From Camelus dromedarius (taxonomy: Eukaryota), in assembly GCF_036321535.1 (NCBI RefSeq), contig NC_087438.1, forward strand, positions 13,828,001 to 13,892,000: 64,000 nt of DNA. Direction: 5' to 3'. A program made the position numbers and the translations under genes. Shown one piece after another: positions 40,150 to 53,599 of the stretch. Below the pieces are notes generated by a model. It searched no databases and was not told the DNA's origin. It saw only the letters and a program-made list of their open reading frames with translations. Each line of letters begins with the position of its first letter. Position 1 is the stretch's first letter.

Positions 40150-42770
40150 TCTGTAAGTTTATTAATTTTGAGATAAAAGGAAAAGAGAAATGTTTGGTTT
40201 ATTTTATATGTCAAAGCTAATAATGCAGAATTCATAAAGGAAAAATTAAATTTATTTTTATTGCTGATATTTCTGCCATTATCCAGAAAAGTCCAAAATT
40301 ACACTTATAACAACAGACTAGTAGATTTTTTAAAAGACTAGTAAAAAAGATAAAATTTAGGCAGATTTATTAATTTATCAAAGAACATGAGAAGGCAAAA
40401 ACTAACCATCTTAGGAAAAAGGGAGCTTAAATACATATACAGAGGATATTAAAAATAATAATTTTTCATTATCCATTAAGAAAATAGATGGATTAAAACA
40501 TGTTATAGGTGGCTTTAAAAGGAGTAGAAAATCACAATAGTACTACAGTAACTAAAGACGATCAATTTTTAGGTAAAAAATCATTTTTCAAAGAGAACAA
40601 ATCAGGCCCAGATAAAAGTACCTGGAGTTTAAGAAACAGGTAACTTCAGTATTACACATCTTTTCCCTAGAAAACAGAGCGAGGAGGAAACATTCTACAA
40701 CTGTTTTCTGTGTCTGATAAAACGTTAATATCAACACCAGATGCTCCTATTCATGAGAGGTATTAGCTGTCAATGGACTAAACAAAATAACACGAAACCC
40801 ATTCCACTGGTGTGTAAAATAAAATCTATCATTGATTTAGTTCCAGGAATGCTTGTTTAGTTTGATATTAAAGGAAGGAAAGAAAGAAAGTAGGAAGGAA
40901 GAAGTGAGAGAGGGAGGGAAGAAGGGAGGGAAAAAAATAAAGAAAGGAAAATTTTAGAAAGCATGTAAGTTATGCACAAAGCTATCAATTAAAGGAAGGA
41001 CCGAAAAATAGAGGCTCATCTTAATACACAGAAAAGACAAAATAAAACAAGGTAAAATAAAGAAAAACAAAAAAACCCCTTAGCAAACTAGGAACAGAAT
41101 ATTCCCCCCCAACCTGATTAAGGATATATGAAACAAACAACAGCCACAACAAAAACTACAAGAAACATTATTCTTAGTGGTGAAAAACCAACAGTAGTTA
41201 ATAAACAAAGCTATAAGGATCTGAGAAATAAATCTAACAAAGTACACGAAAGGCTTATATGCAAAACGCTTCACTGAACGCCATTAATTAAGATCTAAAG
41301 TTATTGAGAGCTCTATCATCTATGCAGTTGGAAGACAAAATATAAACAAAGTCCGCCTCTCCAAATTGGTGCGTATTTTCAATATAATCTAAATCCAATG
41401 AGAAATGTTCATAGAAATTGAAAGCTGATTCTGAGATTAGTAAGTACTAATATTGTCCAGACTTGTATGAAGTTCAATAGAGGATACTTGCTTTACCACA
41501 TATCAAGCCCTATTATATGAGATTAGAGCCCGTCACTGTGACAGCGGCAAAGGAATAGACAAACAGAAACAGAAAACAGAACCCAGCCACAGATCCACTA
41601 CATAGAGAAATAATATACGGTAATGAAGCTACTGCAGATGAGTGCACTAAGAACAGATTGATCAAGAAACAGTATTAGTAAAGCTTGGTATCCGTGTCAT
41701 CATCATCATTATAAAATGGGCCATACATTGCACTGTACACAAAAATATGTTTTAAACAATTAAGGACTTAGATTATAAGGTAAAATTATACATACTTTAG
41801 GAAAAAATATTAGCATATAATACATTAAGGTTCATGAACGATTTCAGCACAAAATGCACTATTATAAAGGAAGCATTGATAAATTTCATTAAATTCAAAT
41901 GTGACTTCTTTTCAGTTCCTCCAAATATGCCACAAAGAGGAAAAAAAATGTCATAAAATGAGTGAAGATATTTGCAGCACATATAATTGACAAAGGATCT
42001 GTATCTATAACATACAGTGTGTTGAATCAATATGAAAAAGAGAGAGCACAATATCAAAATGGGTAAAATGAAGGGCAAACATTTAACAGAAGAAGTGGTA
42101 TAAATGGCAAATAAATATATGAAAAAGTTTTCAACTTCAATAGTGCTGAAAGAAATGCACATTAATCGAAATAAGTTACCAGTTTAATCTCAACAATACT
42201 GACAAAACAAAATTTAAGACATTTGATGAGATTCTCCAAGTGCTGGATTGAATATACACCAATGGGAATGCCTATAAATTAAAGTAAGACACATGTAATA
42301 ATTCATACAGTTGCATATTCACATGCACAAGGTCCAGCCATTTCCCTGGCTTATATATGTAGGAAAACCCTGGAACACATACATCACAAGCAAAATTAAT
42401 AGGAACACCAGGGAAACACAAATGTCCAACAACAGCTAATTAGATGCAATAACTCTGATGTATTTATATCATGAGAGAGAAAATAAATGAATAACAATGT
42501 AGCTACGACATGGATAAATCTTAGAAATGAAATGTTGATTGAAATATTTTTTCAGAAATATCTCAGAAGACAGCATTCAAATATGGTAAATTTTTGTAAA
42601 GCTGAAAAAAAATATGCAAAACTAAATTGATTACAAAATGAAATAGTATATTTTTGAGGATAATGTTCTTCACAACACTAATTAACTACAGTGATACAGT
42701 AAAATTTGTTTATTATTATACTTTGCAATATCTTCTTTGCAGATGTTGAATAGTACATTAAATATACAAA
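40150..42770 (+). mobile_element. Decayed L1ME-type LINE-1 (ORF2 to 3' UTR) with a purine-rich (GGAA) tract at about 40870-40950
   Basis: A-rich strand; motifs ttagcaaactaggaacagaa..caacctgattaagg, aaatctaacaaa, gggcaaacatttaacagaaga, catggataaatctt. Confidence 0.75.
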
Positions 42771-44507
42771 AAGATATAGAAACGTCTCAAAATTAATATA
42801 TTCTATAAATCGCTTAATACAGAATAATTAATAGTATTGGCATTAATTTTTGTCAATATACAATTAAAGTTACTTTGATGTTTATGTACTATATTAAATA
42901 ATTTTATATTATAAAAATAAATGGATCCATTAAATTAAAATTATTTAAATGTTGATTTAAATATTTTCTTATTGGGAATGACTTATGAAAGAAGGCATTG
43001 CTACAGCTTTTCTAGAAGCTAATATTGATCATACTTGTTATTTTTATCATTTTAAAACTAAGAGAGAATATTCAGTCTGAATTCTCACTTTGTAAATTAC
43101 AAAACTGAAACTGACACAGTTTAAATGACATATCTTGGTGAAGCCAGGGCTCTGATTTACTTCTTAGGTCTTATTATTGCCACTACATTAATATTTCTTT
43201 TCTATTGTGACCTTTGTACATATTTTAATGTATTCCTAAATTTCTAAACAAGGTATGTGCTCACTTCTGAGGACAAAAAGCAATCTGTCCTAGAAATCTG
43301 AGGCAAGAATAATATTATCAGTTTTAATCACTGGTATCAGCATCCTTAAAAGGAGTTCTCTGCTCCTTTTCTGAATAGGAAAGGTTAGAAGCAATTTTAG
43401 TGTATCAGAAAAATGTTTTGTAGGAGAGGATTCTGGAAATACTACATCTTGAGAAAGGACTAGAATAAAAGAACAACTAAGCATCTGACAGTTTTCAGCT
43501 GTCACCTCACTGCCCCATGTCTGCACTGTCCATTCTGTCCTCTGGAACCGGAGCAGGCTTGTACACATTCCACACTTGGGTACAGGAAACTAAGTCCTTC
43601 TGGATGGAAACAGACTTCTTCCATGTTGTTCCAAAGTCATCTTATAACCCCAGTGTACCATTACTCTTCCAGTACTTAAGGATCAGGAGCACAGCATTGG
43701 GATCAGATACCAATTTGTCTGTGGACTTTACTACCATTGTGTTCTGGGGGAAGCTGAACTGAATCTAACCTTACTGTAGATGCCACTAATAATCTGTATG
43801 ACACACCATCGGGGTAACCACAGGCGGGACCGATAAAGAGTTATGAAAAACAGAATGGCAGAGTAAGCTTAGCATCACTACTGATGCAAACTGAATCATT
43901 GCTGTCTATTTCCTAAAAGTAGGGTGATGTGTGAAATCTATAGCTTTAATTCCGGGTAATTAGAGCTGAAAACCTGCTGTAGCCTTGTGGTCACTTATGG
44001 CTACTAAAATGCATTCTAGTATTTTCTGCTCAATAATGAAATTAGCTAAATCTATATTAGTATATTGGCAAGTTCCTTTGAGTTTTTATTTCTTATTTCC
44101 CACTGTCCTTGGGTTAGTATTCTACCCTTTGAATGTCAATCACTTTACCTATAAATGTGAACATATCCATGTGTGTTAGAAGCATTTTGCTACAGCAAAA
44201 ATTGGATAATGTCCCTGAGGTTCTTAATGCAACATTTCTGTTTTTGCTACTATTATTTTTAGGTTCATGCTTCATTTCTAAAAATCAGTTTTCGATCCTT
44301 TTGACGGCAGAGTAAATAAACTACACGGCGATCAAACTTCAGTACAAGCCCCTTTCAGAACTCTTTTGGAATATGAACTTTGGGACTTTATTTGTTATTT
44401 CTATGCCTTATTTATTTATTTTAATATTTTGCAAATGATTATTTTATTTAAAAAATTTTTTTTGGCTCAAGAACTTTTTTATTATGAAAGCATTTCACAG
44501 CATATAC

Positions 44508-44567
44508 TTTTTTTTTAAATTGAAGTATAGTCAGTTTATAGAGTTATATCAATTTCTGGTATGCAGT
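44508..44567 (-). mobile_element. Very short young L1 3' end
   Basis: T-tract followed by aaattgaagtatagtcagttta..caatttctggt. Same subfamily as 58957-59375. Confidence 0.7.
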
Positions 44568-44869
44568 GCCTTAATTACTTAATCTGTAAACCGAAATAAA
44601 AATGATGTGACTTGCCAAACTATGTTTTGAGAAACAATTAAGGAAGCTACGCAAACTTTAAAACAATGAGCTTGGGAGAGAGCAGAACATTCATTTTAAT
44701 CCTTTCTGAAAATCGAAAACAAAACAGAAACAAGAACAAAATATATGGCACACTGAAAATCTTATACATGTGATTTTCAGCATGTATAAAATACTATACT
44801 AGATAAAAATCATCCATGTTTTATGCAATACCAGTGTACCAGGATTTCACATCAGCAGAGTGTCCATAT

Positions 44870-44947
44870 GGAGACAGGGACGCAGGGAAGGCGGTACTCC
44901 AGTGCATGACGGAGACAGGGACGCAGGGAAGGTGGTACTCCAGTGCA
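44870..44947. repeat. 41-bp-period tandem duplication (two 37-nt copies, one mismatch)
   Basis: ggagacagggacgcagggaagg(c/t)ggtactccagtgca at 44870-44906 and 44911-44947. Confidence 0.95.
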
Positions 44948-47619
44948 AAAGCAGGCTGGATGCTAAGATAGCAGATTTTCTATAACAAAGAACAATCTAT
45001 TTTATCTAGTGAGTTTGTTCGAAAATCTGATATGTGTGCGGTACCGTGATGGATTACAGTGAGAACACAAAACAGTGAAATATGTCCCCCTCTAGATTTC
45101 CCATTATTGATATGGACTGGAGAAAACAACTTCAATAATGTATTTTTTTTCAGTTTGTTTTCTTCGAAATTGTGACTTCAGTGTTTAATATATGTTTACA
45201 CCAAAGCCATTAATACTGAAATAGATGCCTTCCAAAAACCTAAATTACGTTCATTAGTATATGTAGCAAAGTTTACCAGGGAATCAGTAGATTTCTAATC
45301 TAATTATTCATCTTCTGAAGTTAGTATTAAAATATATAAAATTGTAAAATATATAAATAGATGGATGTAAATTTTCTTGTTTATATCATGTAGATTATTT
45401 TCCTCAAAATGTGGTTTCATTCTTTTCCTTTATGAAAATTCACTCAAAGTGAAAAACCTTAAATACTACTAAAATATTAAATTTCAGTGATTATAAATTT
45501 AATTAAATTATTATATTTATTGCTTCCTGAATTTCATAAATGCCCATGCTTATAAGGATGTGCTAACAAATTATTTTTTTTTTGTCCTGTTGCTTTGATT
45601 TCTATAAAAAGATTTCACTATAGGCAAATATCGACAAACCAAAACAGTCTGAAGTCTTAATAGTTAATGTGGACTGATGATAGAACATTTTAAAATGCAT
45701 GCATAATATTTTATTTATGAATAAATATGTTTCCACAATTTCCTTAAACAGATATATAGAAATAAGTTTTGCAGACAACTAAGTGTTCAAATTAATCAGA
45801 AAGATTCCACACAATATGCTTGTTTTGAAACAAAGGTAGTATTGCTATTTTTATTAGCTTTTTAAAAAAATTTGTTTATGAAAGTCTGTAATGTTTCAGG
45901 CAAGAAAAAGAGAACATAATTAATAAATACTAGGAGTTCCTCACTAAAGTGAGCATTTAATATACGTAAGAATTACTCTATGGATAAAACTATCACAATG
46001 TTCAGTATGTGCCTGGTGCCCCAAATAGGCCCTTTTCCTCTCCTTCCCTTCTTTATATCTTATTTAAATATAAATTGAGAAATCAAGTGTTGTAATCAAA
46101 ATAATCTGTCACAATGGATAAGAATATATATCTGATATCTAGTAGATTAACCCTCAAACATCTCTTTCCTGTAGTCAAATAAAACGGTTTAAAAATAAAA
46201 CATTCTGTGAATATTATATGATAGATAATTAAAGCAGCCTTATGTGTTTCAGATCACTTGCTTATTTCATAACAGTTAAAGAAATCTAATACTTGTCTAG
46301 AAGAACTGTCAAAAATTATAAGGCAATTAGAAATGCATCACTCAAAACTCATTCCATGTATTTATCTAATTTTTTGTCAGTTTACGGTATAAAATCTTAA
46401 TGTTCTGATCCTATAAAGATCCCAGACTGAAGTGCATTAATTAAAATGAATCTCAACTTCCTTAATGACATCATTTTTCTTCTGGTTACCCATAGATCCT
46501 CCAACAGTTCCAATTCCTTTAGTATTATTGCCTGAGACTAATATAAGTTGGAAGCTTTGAAATTTTAAGTCGTACTTTTGATTTTATGAATGAATACTGT
46601 CTTTGTTCTGCAAATCAGAACTGTAAACTCAATTTTACCTCTATGTGAAATTAATTATATTGGGATGTTCTTAAGTATTTGCTATTGATTATGAAATAAA
46701 TTAAAAATAGGTTTTTAAAAATTTCTATTAAAATGTCACAATTGGTCCATTCAGTTATATTAAAGAATCTAACACATGGAATAACTATTTTCTACTTTTA
46801 GTAATAATGAAGAGTTTAACATTTATCTTCCATCTTGGTCTCTTCCTCCACAATGTCTGTGAACCCTTCTACTGTTATCTTTGTTAGAATTCCCAAAATT
46901 CAGCTTGTGATCAACTGTTGTGCTGTTCTTTGAACTTATATTTGCCATCATAATTTTATGCTGCCTAAAAATTCACTAATAAAATAAAACATCATTTCAT
47001 ATTCTTTTTCTTTTTCTGAGTGAGGAATATAAGGATAATAAAAATTTTCTTATCAGATACAGTCAACACCTGAAAGGGGTTTGTCAATTATAGCAAAATA
47101 GCTAACACAAGAAATCATTAATACAAATGATATATATATGTATATATCTGAAACACTTGTATTGAAATATTTGAATACATAATTATTAAAAAAATCTTGG
47201 AATTCTGGGTGTAGAGATAAAGTCTTATCTCTGAGAATGGATCTGCTGTTGCTTGGGCTTACTGTCAATGTCACCATTCCTGTAAAAAGCACATGCACTG
47301 CATCATGTACGAATCCAAAACTGATTTAGTCCAAGAGAAGGAAAATGTGAAGATAAATCTGAAATACTTTAAATACACCAACACTCTTAGAAATTCCCTG
47401 AAATTTTATAATGATCTCCTTTTTCTTCTAAATTGCAGCGTATTTCTAGCAACTCATTTTTATCAAGTCTTAGGAAAACTTAAAGCTTAAACTACACAAA
47501 TCCTCATTCTATTATGCACATATGTCATATTATTTAATGTAATATTTAAATAAATTACGGAATTACAATGATAAGTTCAACAGGCTTTGAAATAGAATTC
47601 AAGAAAGGAAACTTTGTAT

Positions 47620-50070
47620 TTTGGCCAGGAATTAGCAACTGATACCAGACTGACCTGCTATCATATATGACTATAAAACTGAACAAAATACTGTTCTCAG
47701 AGCATTGGATAGACAACAAAGAACTATGCTCCTTGAGAGAAGAGAGACATACAAACAGAGCCCTAAGACTCCTTCCAGTTTTGATAATACATTCACCACG
47801 GCCAAGTCTGTATCTGCCTGGAGGGAAAGACTGGCTATTTAACATTTTCAAATCAACGAATGTAATTCACTGCGCATACATATAATTATTTCAATAGATG
47901 CAGAAAAAAATAACAAAATTTATCACCTATTTTTTAAATTAAAAAGAAAAACAAAAACATTCAGCAAGCTTAGACTAGAAGAAACTTCCCCAAACTGAAT
48001 ATTGTCTGCACCAAAACCTATAACTGTCATCACTGAATGTTTTAACCAAAGGATCAGAAAAAAGGCAGGGTACTTTCAGCACTTCTCCTGAACATTGGAT
48101 TGAAGGTTATAGTCAGTATAATTAGGGATGAATAAAAAACCATCATATCCATTGTAAAGTAAGAAACAAATCTATATTTCTTCACAGATCACATGATCAT
48201 CCACGTACAAATGATCTTCCCAAAGCTTTGGAACTAATATGAGTTAATATTATAGGCTGCAAGTTCGTATTAACAGGTATTTCTATAAGACTAAAAATAA
48301 AGGAACATTTACATATCAAATTTATGTAACATAAAAAAATCTAATAAATAATATATGTTCAATATTTGCCTGCTGCTGAAACCTACAAATTTTATTAAAA
48401 GAAATTTAGACTATCTAGATACCTGGAAACATGTTACATTCATGCATAGAAGATTCAGTATTTTTGAGATGTTCATTCTCTCAAAACTGAATTATAGATC
48501 TAATGGAGTAGCAATCAAAATTCTACTTCAGATTGTTGAAGAATTTGACAAGCTGATTCTAAAACTTATATGTAAAAGAAATGGTCCTAAATTAGCCCAA
48601 GCAATTTTAAAAGAGAAGAAAGCTGTTGGAAAACTCACATTTTCTGATGTGTTACTATATAGCCATAGTAGTGAAGACAATGGAATTGGTAATAAGACAT
48701 GTCTTATACCAATTATATACATGTATATTATATATATTTGTGTATATATAATATATATAAAACTGATGATATGCACAGAAGACAGTTTCAGCGTGTTTAT
48801 AGCAAAAGTTGTCATGATAAGTAAATAGAGAAATATTAGCATTTATAACAAATAGTGGGTGTGTTGTAAATTCATATGTTAAGTAAATTATACTGGACCC
48901 TTACCTCTCATTATACATAAAATATGACTCAAAGTGAACCCCAGATCAAAATATAAAGCCTTAAATATACATATATAATAACCAACAGGATAAATGTTTT
49001 ATTACCATGTGTTTAGCAAATAATTCTTAGATAATACACTAAAGTCAAGAATCATAAAATAAACCAAAAATATACATTGTAATTTTCAAAAAATATTCCC
49101 TTCCTTGAAAAGTACTGTTTATTAAGTAAGCACTGTTTATTAAGTATTCTGTAAAGTATTGTTTATTAAGAAAATGAAAAGATAAGACACAGAAGATGAG
49201 AAAATATTTGAAAAGCACACTGCTGATAAAGTCACCTATCCACAATATATTACACCTCAAAGCTAAATTATAAAAAGCTGAACGTTATAAAAATGTGCAA
49301 AAATTTTAACAGAAAATTCTTCACAGCAGATATATAGATATAAGTGCATAAAAACATTGTCAACATGACTAGCCTGTGGTGAAACGCAAATTGAAGCAAT
49401 GTTATGTCCCTTAACACTTCCTAGAATGTGGGGGGGTGGGGGATACACTGACAATGTCAAAGCTGAAGTGCAGCTGCCGGTGGCAATGCAGTTATACAGC
49501 CACTTTGGGAAACAGGCATGGCTTCCTAACTTCAATAGACTATTAGCCCAATGACCCCACCTCTACCTATTAACCCAAAGTAAATTAAAACACATGTCCT
49601 CATACAATTTGATTAAAAATATTGATGGAAGCTTTATTCAGAATAGCTAAAAACTGGAAACAAGTCATATTTCCATCAACAGATGTAAAAATAAAGTGTT
49701 GGATATATACACATAAGAGAATAATAGCAACTACATATTGACATAATGTCATGGACAAAGATCAAAAGCATATGCTACACGAAAAGAGCCAGTCAAAAGA
49801 GTCTATATGTTTTCTCTTTCGTTTTTACTACATCTGGAAAAAAAAAAGAAAAACTATAGACTCAGAAATCAGATTAGTAGTTTTTAAAATTTGTAACTGG
49901 GAGAAGGAAGTCATGTCAGAGAGAACTTTCTGAGGTGACAGAATAATGCTCCACCATGGTTGTGGATCTGAATGTGATCACATGGATGTGTGCATTTTTG
50001 AAAGCCCACTGAAATATAACAAGATCCGTACATTTAAATACATGTCAATATTATTTAGTTTTTTAAAAAA
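47620..50070 (+). mobile_element. Decayed L1 (ORF2 remnant to 3' UTR)
   Basis: ORF 48355..48828 contains ILSKLNYRSNGVAIKI..FDKLILKLICKRNGPKLAQAILKEKKAVGKLTFSD, a degenerate L1 ORF2p segment. Confidence 0.85.
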
Positions 50071-51099
50071 TCACTTAGATAAGGAGAATAGAATGCTCAT
50101 ACATCCTAGAGAGAATCCTATTCTAGCTACCGGCATATGGCTGATTGTGGGCATCAACTAAGTTTTACACAAAATAAATCACAGTTAAGAGAGTTTAGTG
50201 AATGTATTTCAACAGTGCTCCAATTGTAAAGTTATTTTCTAGATGTCTACATAGGTGCTAGAATATTTTATCATTATCTGCAATGATTATAAAAATGTAT
50301 TTCCATCTTCTTCATCTGTGTGCTATTTTCTGGTGGTTTCCAAAAGTTAATAAGGTCTCTTATTAATAAGACTAATAAGTAATAAAGTAATAGTAAGTAA
50401 CAATAAAATTAATAAGTAATAAGGTAAAAGGTCTCTAAGCCCCATGAAGACGTATCAAGTAATGACTGATGTATTTAGCATGTATTTCAGTCAAATTTAT
50501 GGTAATGACACTAGCTGACTGTTATGACACCACGTGCCAGATTCTGGGTGAAGAAGCTTCGTCTAGCCCTTACTGGCATCCTTCGTTACAGATAAGAAAA
50601 TATGTAATATTTTTGCTAAATAATTTCCCCAAGTTCCAGCCATGTGAAATAAACAGAAGCAGAATTTAACTAGAGACGGTCTTACTTTAGATTTAGTAGT
50701 CTTAAACATTATGCATTATTGCCTACTGAGATAATCTAAGGACTTTATTGATAATGCAATGATAATTAATTAGATATAAATCAACACCTTTCATAAGCAG
50801 AGAAGTATATGTAATGAAAACAATAAAAATGCCAGAGCAGTCTACATTTATTTAAAAAATCTCTAAAATATGTTCAGATTCATATAGAAGATATTAGAAC
50901 ATCTCTTCTGTAATTTTTAAATCCTTCAAATTTCAAATAACATGAAAGGTGAGACTTGGGACAGTTAATGTAATTTTGGAACTGAATACAAACATCTTTT
51001 AGAGTGGAATTTTCCTGCATAAAATGAAATGCGTTGGTTAAGAGATCTTCACCTCACATATTAAACATACATATTAATCTCTGAGTCAATCGTTGAATA

Positions 51100-51750
51100 T
51101 AGTTACATATTTATTAAAAACAGGTTAAACATTCTCTTTTTGAAAAACATTTGAGAATACTGCTAGAAATACATGCTCTTGGTATGTGCACCCAAGGGAT
51201 ATACATAGAGACATTTTTCACATTTGCAATACGAAACATGTATAAGATGCATAAGATACGTTATATCAGCAATATTAACAATACCTGAGGCTACAGAAAA
51301 CTGAAAACAATCCAAAGCAACCTTTGGAAGTTGTATGAATTTGTTAAAATAGATTTATTTTCTCATCATAGTGAAAATGAATAGACTTTTTCTGTACTTT
51401 TTGACATGGATGAATCTCAAAAAAGCACTGAAAAAAATTCACAGAAGTGCGTATTTGGCTCATTTATATTTTCAATGCCCATGAGCCAACAAATATAAGG
51501 ATAGTTATACACATAAATATAGATAAACAGCTTAACTGTATTTGGTAAAATTATAGAGAAAACAAAGGAACGGATAATACAAAATTCAATCTTGATGCGC
51601 TCCGGATAGAACGGAGAGGGATGTCACAGAGATGCAAAGCTTATTTCTTCAAGGTGGGTGGCTCTTTAATTAGTGTTCATTTTATTCCTCAACCTGACTA
51701 TATACTTAAAATATCAATATACATGATAAATATTATAATGCCAATTGAAA
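51100..51750 (+). mobile_element. L1ME-type 3' fragment
   Basis: gtgaaaatgaata..acatggatgaatctcaa..ggtaaaattatagagaaaacaaagga. Confidence 0.6.
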
Positions 51751-51849
51751 AATAATTGGTCCAGTTTTTAAAATATATCTGTATATTAAGCAGAGATATA
51801 TGTGTATCTTTACATACACACAACTTAGACACTCATTTCAAATTGTGTT

Positions 51850-53310
51850 CTAATTACCAACTAAGCACAATTTTCATAGTTTTATTTATCAATATCTTTC
51901 TTTAGGGATCGTACAATTTGTATTTTTATAAAACGTTTCCTATTCAAAGGCATAGTGCTGAAACCTAACATTTCATTTAAGGTTTAATTTTTATATTCTA
52001 CAAATAAGAAATACTTAGTTTTTATGGTTGGAGGTAGGTAAGTAAGTTCACTTTCATTTTCAAAGCCAGATGACATATCCTGCTTTCAGCTGTTTGTTGA
52101 AGTGTCCATCCATTCTCCACATTGGCCTGCAAATAACTCTGTCTTATAGCAATTTGATTGTATGGTTTTCAAACGATGCAACTTGTATCAACACATTTTT
52201 TTTTCAAAATTGCTACATGGTTTAGTATATCATCCATATTAGTATATTTTGCTTTATGTGTTTGAAAATTACATGTATTTTTCAAGTCCACTGAACTATA
52301 TACATGTATGTATGTGTGTATATATATATATATTATATATATATATATATAATATATATATAGTCAAATATCAAGTGTTTTTCTTTTGTTCTTTGAAATA
52401 GTTTTATCATTACTCATTCCCAGTTTCCGAGAGATTTCTGTTACCAGTTTCCCCCAACATTATGGTTTTTTTGTTTGTTTATTTTGAATCTATTTTATTA
52501 GGTTCATTCAAGTTTCAAATGGGCACATCACCCTTGTGACACATCCTACATGTTAATATGAGATGACATTCTCATCATCATGATAGCTTTCTGTTTTAAA
52601 GTATATTTTCTCTGATACTAACATAGTTCTGCCAGGTTTCTTTTGTTAGAATTGTCTATTTTTTTAAAATTCTACTATTTTAAAACTTTCTCTACCTTTA
52701 CATCTCATTATTTATCTATTATGAGTAGCATAAATATAACTTGTTTTTCTTATTTTACTCCAGTACAGTAATGCTGTTTATTTATCTTACTTATGCCACT
52801 TTGGCTATTAATGTATATTTTTACTACCTTATTATGTGTTTCAGATTTGTCTTAATTTTTCTGTTTTCAACCCTTTGTAATGTTACTTTCCAGTAGATTG
52901 TTTAAGGTTTTATTATTATTCCATTTCTCCTCTAATTTTAAATCTGTGTACTAAATTTACTTTTTTTACTCTAGAAATGTTAACATGCTTTTGTTAACTC
53001 AGGAAAATCTAAAACAATTGGCATCTTTAGTCTCTTCCTGAATATTATAACTTTAAATGCTTTAATTTCAGTGCAGTCTCACAACTTCATGCCTATAAGA
53101 TATGGTGATGATGATGAAGCTTGTGGTCTTGTTAATCTGTCAAAGTTGATATTTTATGTTATTACATAGTCAGTATCCTCACATGTACTGCTTTCCTTGT
53201 CATCATTCCTTACTGGGTCTTCCTTTTGAAATAATTTTCTTTCTTTCTAACACATTTTGAAGTAACAATATTAACCTCCTCAACTGTAGTCGTTTGAAAA
53301 TATGTCTGTT
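51850..53310 (-). mobile_element. Decayed antisense L1 fragments
   Basis: T-rich strand with L1-like motifs (ttttaaagtatattttctctgatactaacatag..ccaggtttcttttgttag). Confidence 0.5.
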
Positions 53311-53486
53311 TCACACTTGTCAAAGAGTTAGTGAGGCCAAGGTGATCTGAAATGACATGTAAGAAGTGTCACATACACAATTTCTGATAGGTAACGCTTT
53401 CACATTTTCATTCCCTCCACCCAGAACTAAAGTGAAAACAGAACACATGCCCCATCTTTACTCTTTTTGTTTGGTAGGATGTGACG

Positions 53487-53517
53487 TGTGTGTGTGTGTG
53501 TGTTTGTGTGTGTGTGT
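53487..53517. repeat. (TG)n microsatellite
   Basis: Directly visible. Confidence 0.9.
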
Positions 53518-53599
53518 ATCTTCATTTAATCTTTTATGAGTGCCATGTTTTGGAATGTTTGGGAGTATTTCATCATACTGAAAAAAGAGCTATATAGTA

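Noticed and set aside
44870..44947. CRISPR-like repeat pair
   Set aside because: Only two copies separated by 4 nt in mammalian DNA; a simple tandem duplication.
48355..48828. 157-aa ORF as a host gene
   Set aside because: Degenerate L1 ORF2p remnant.
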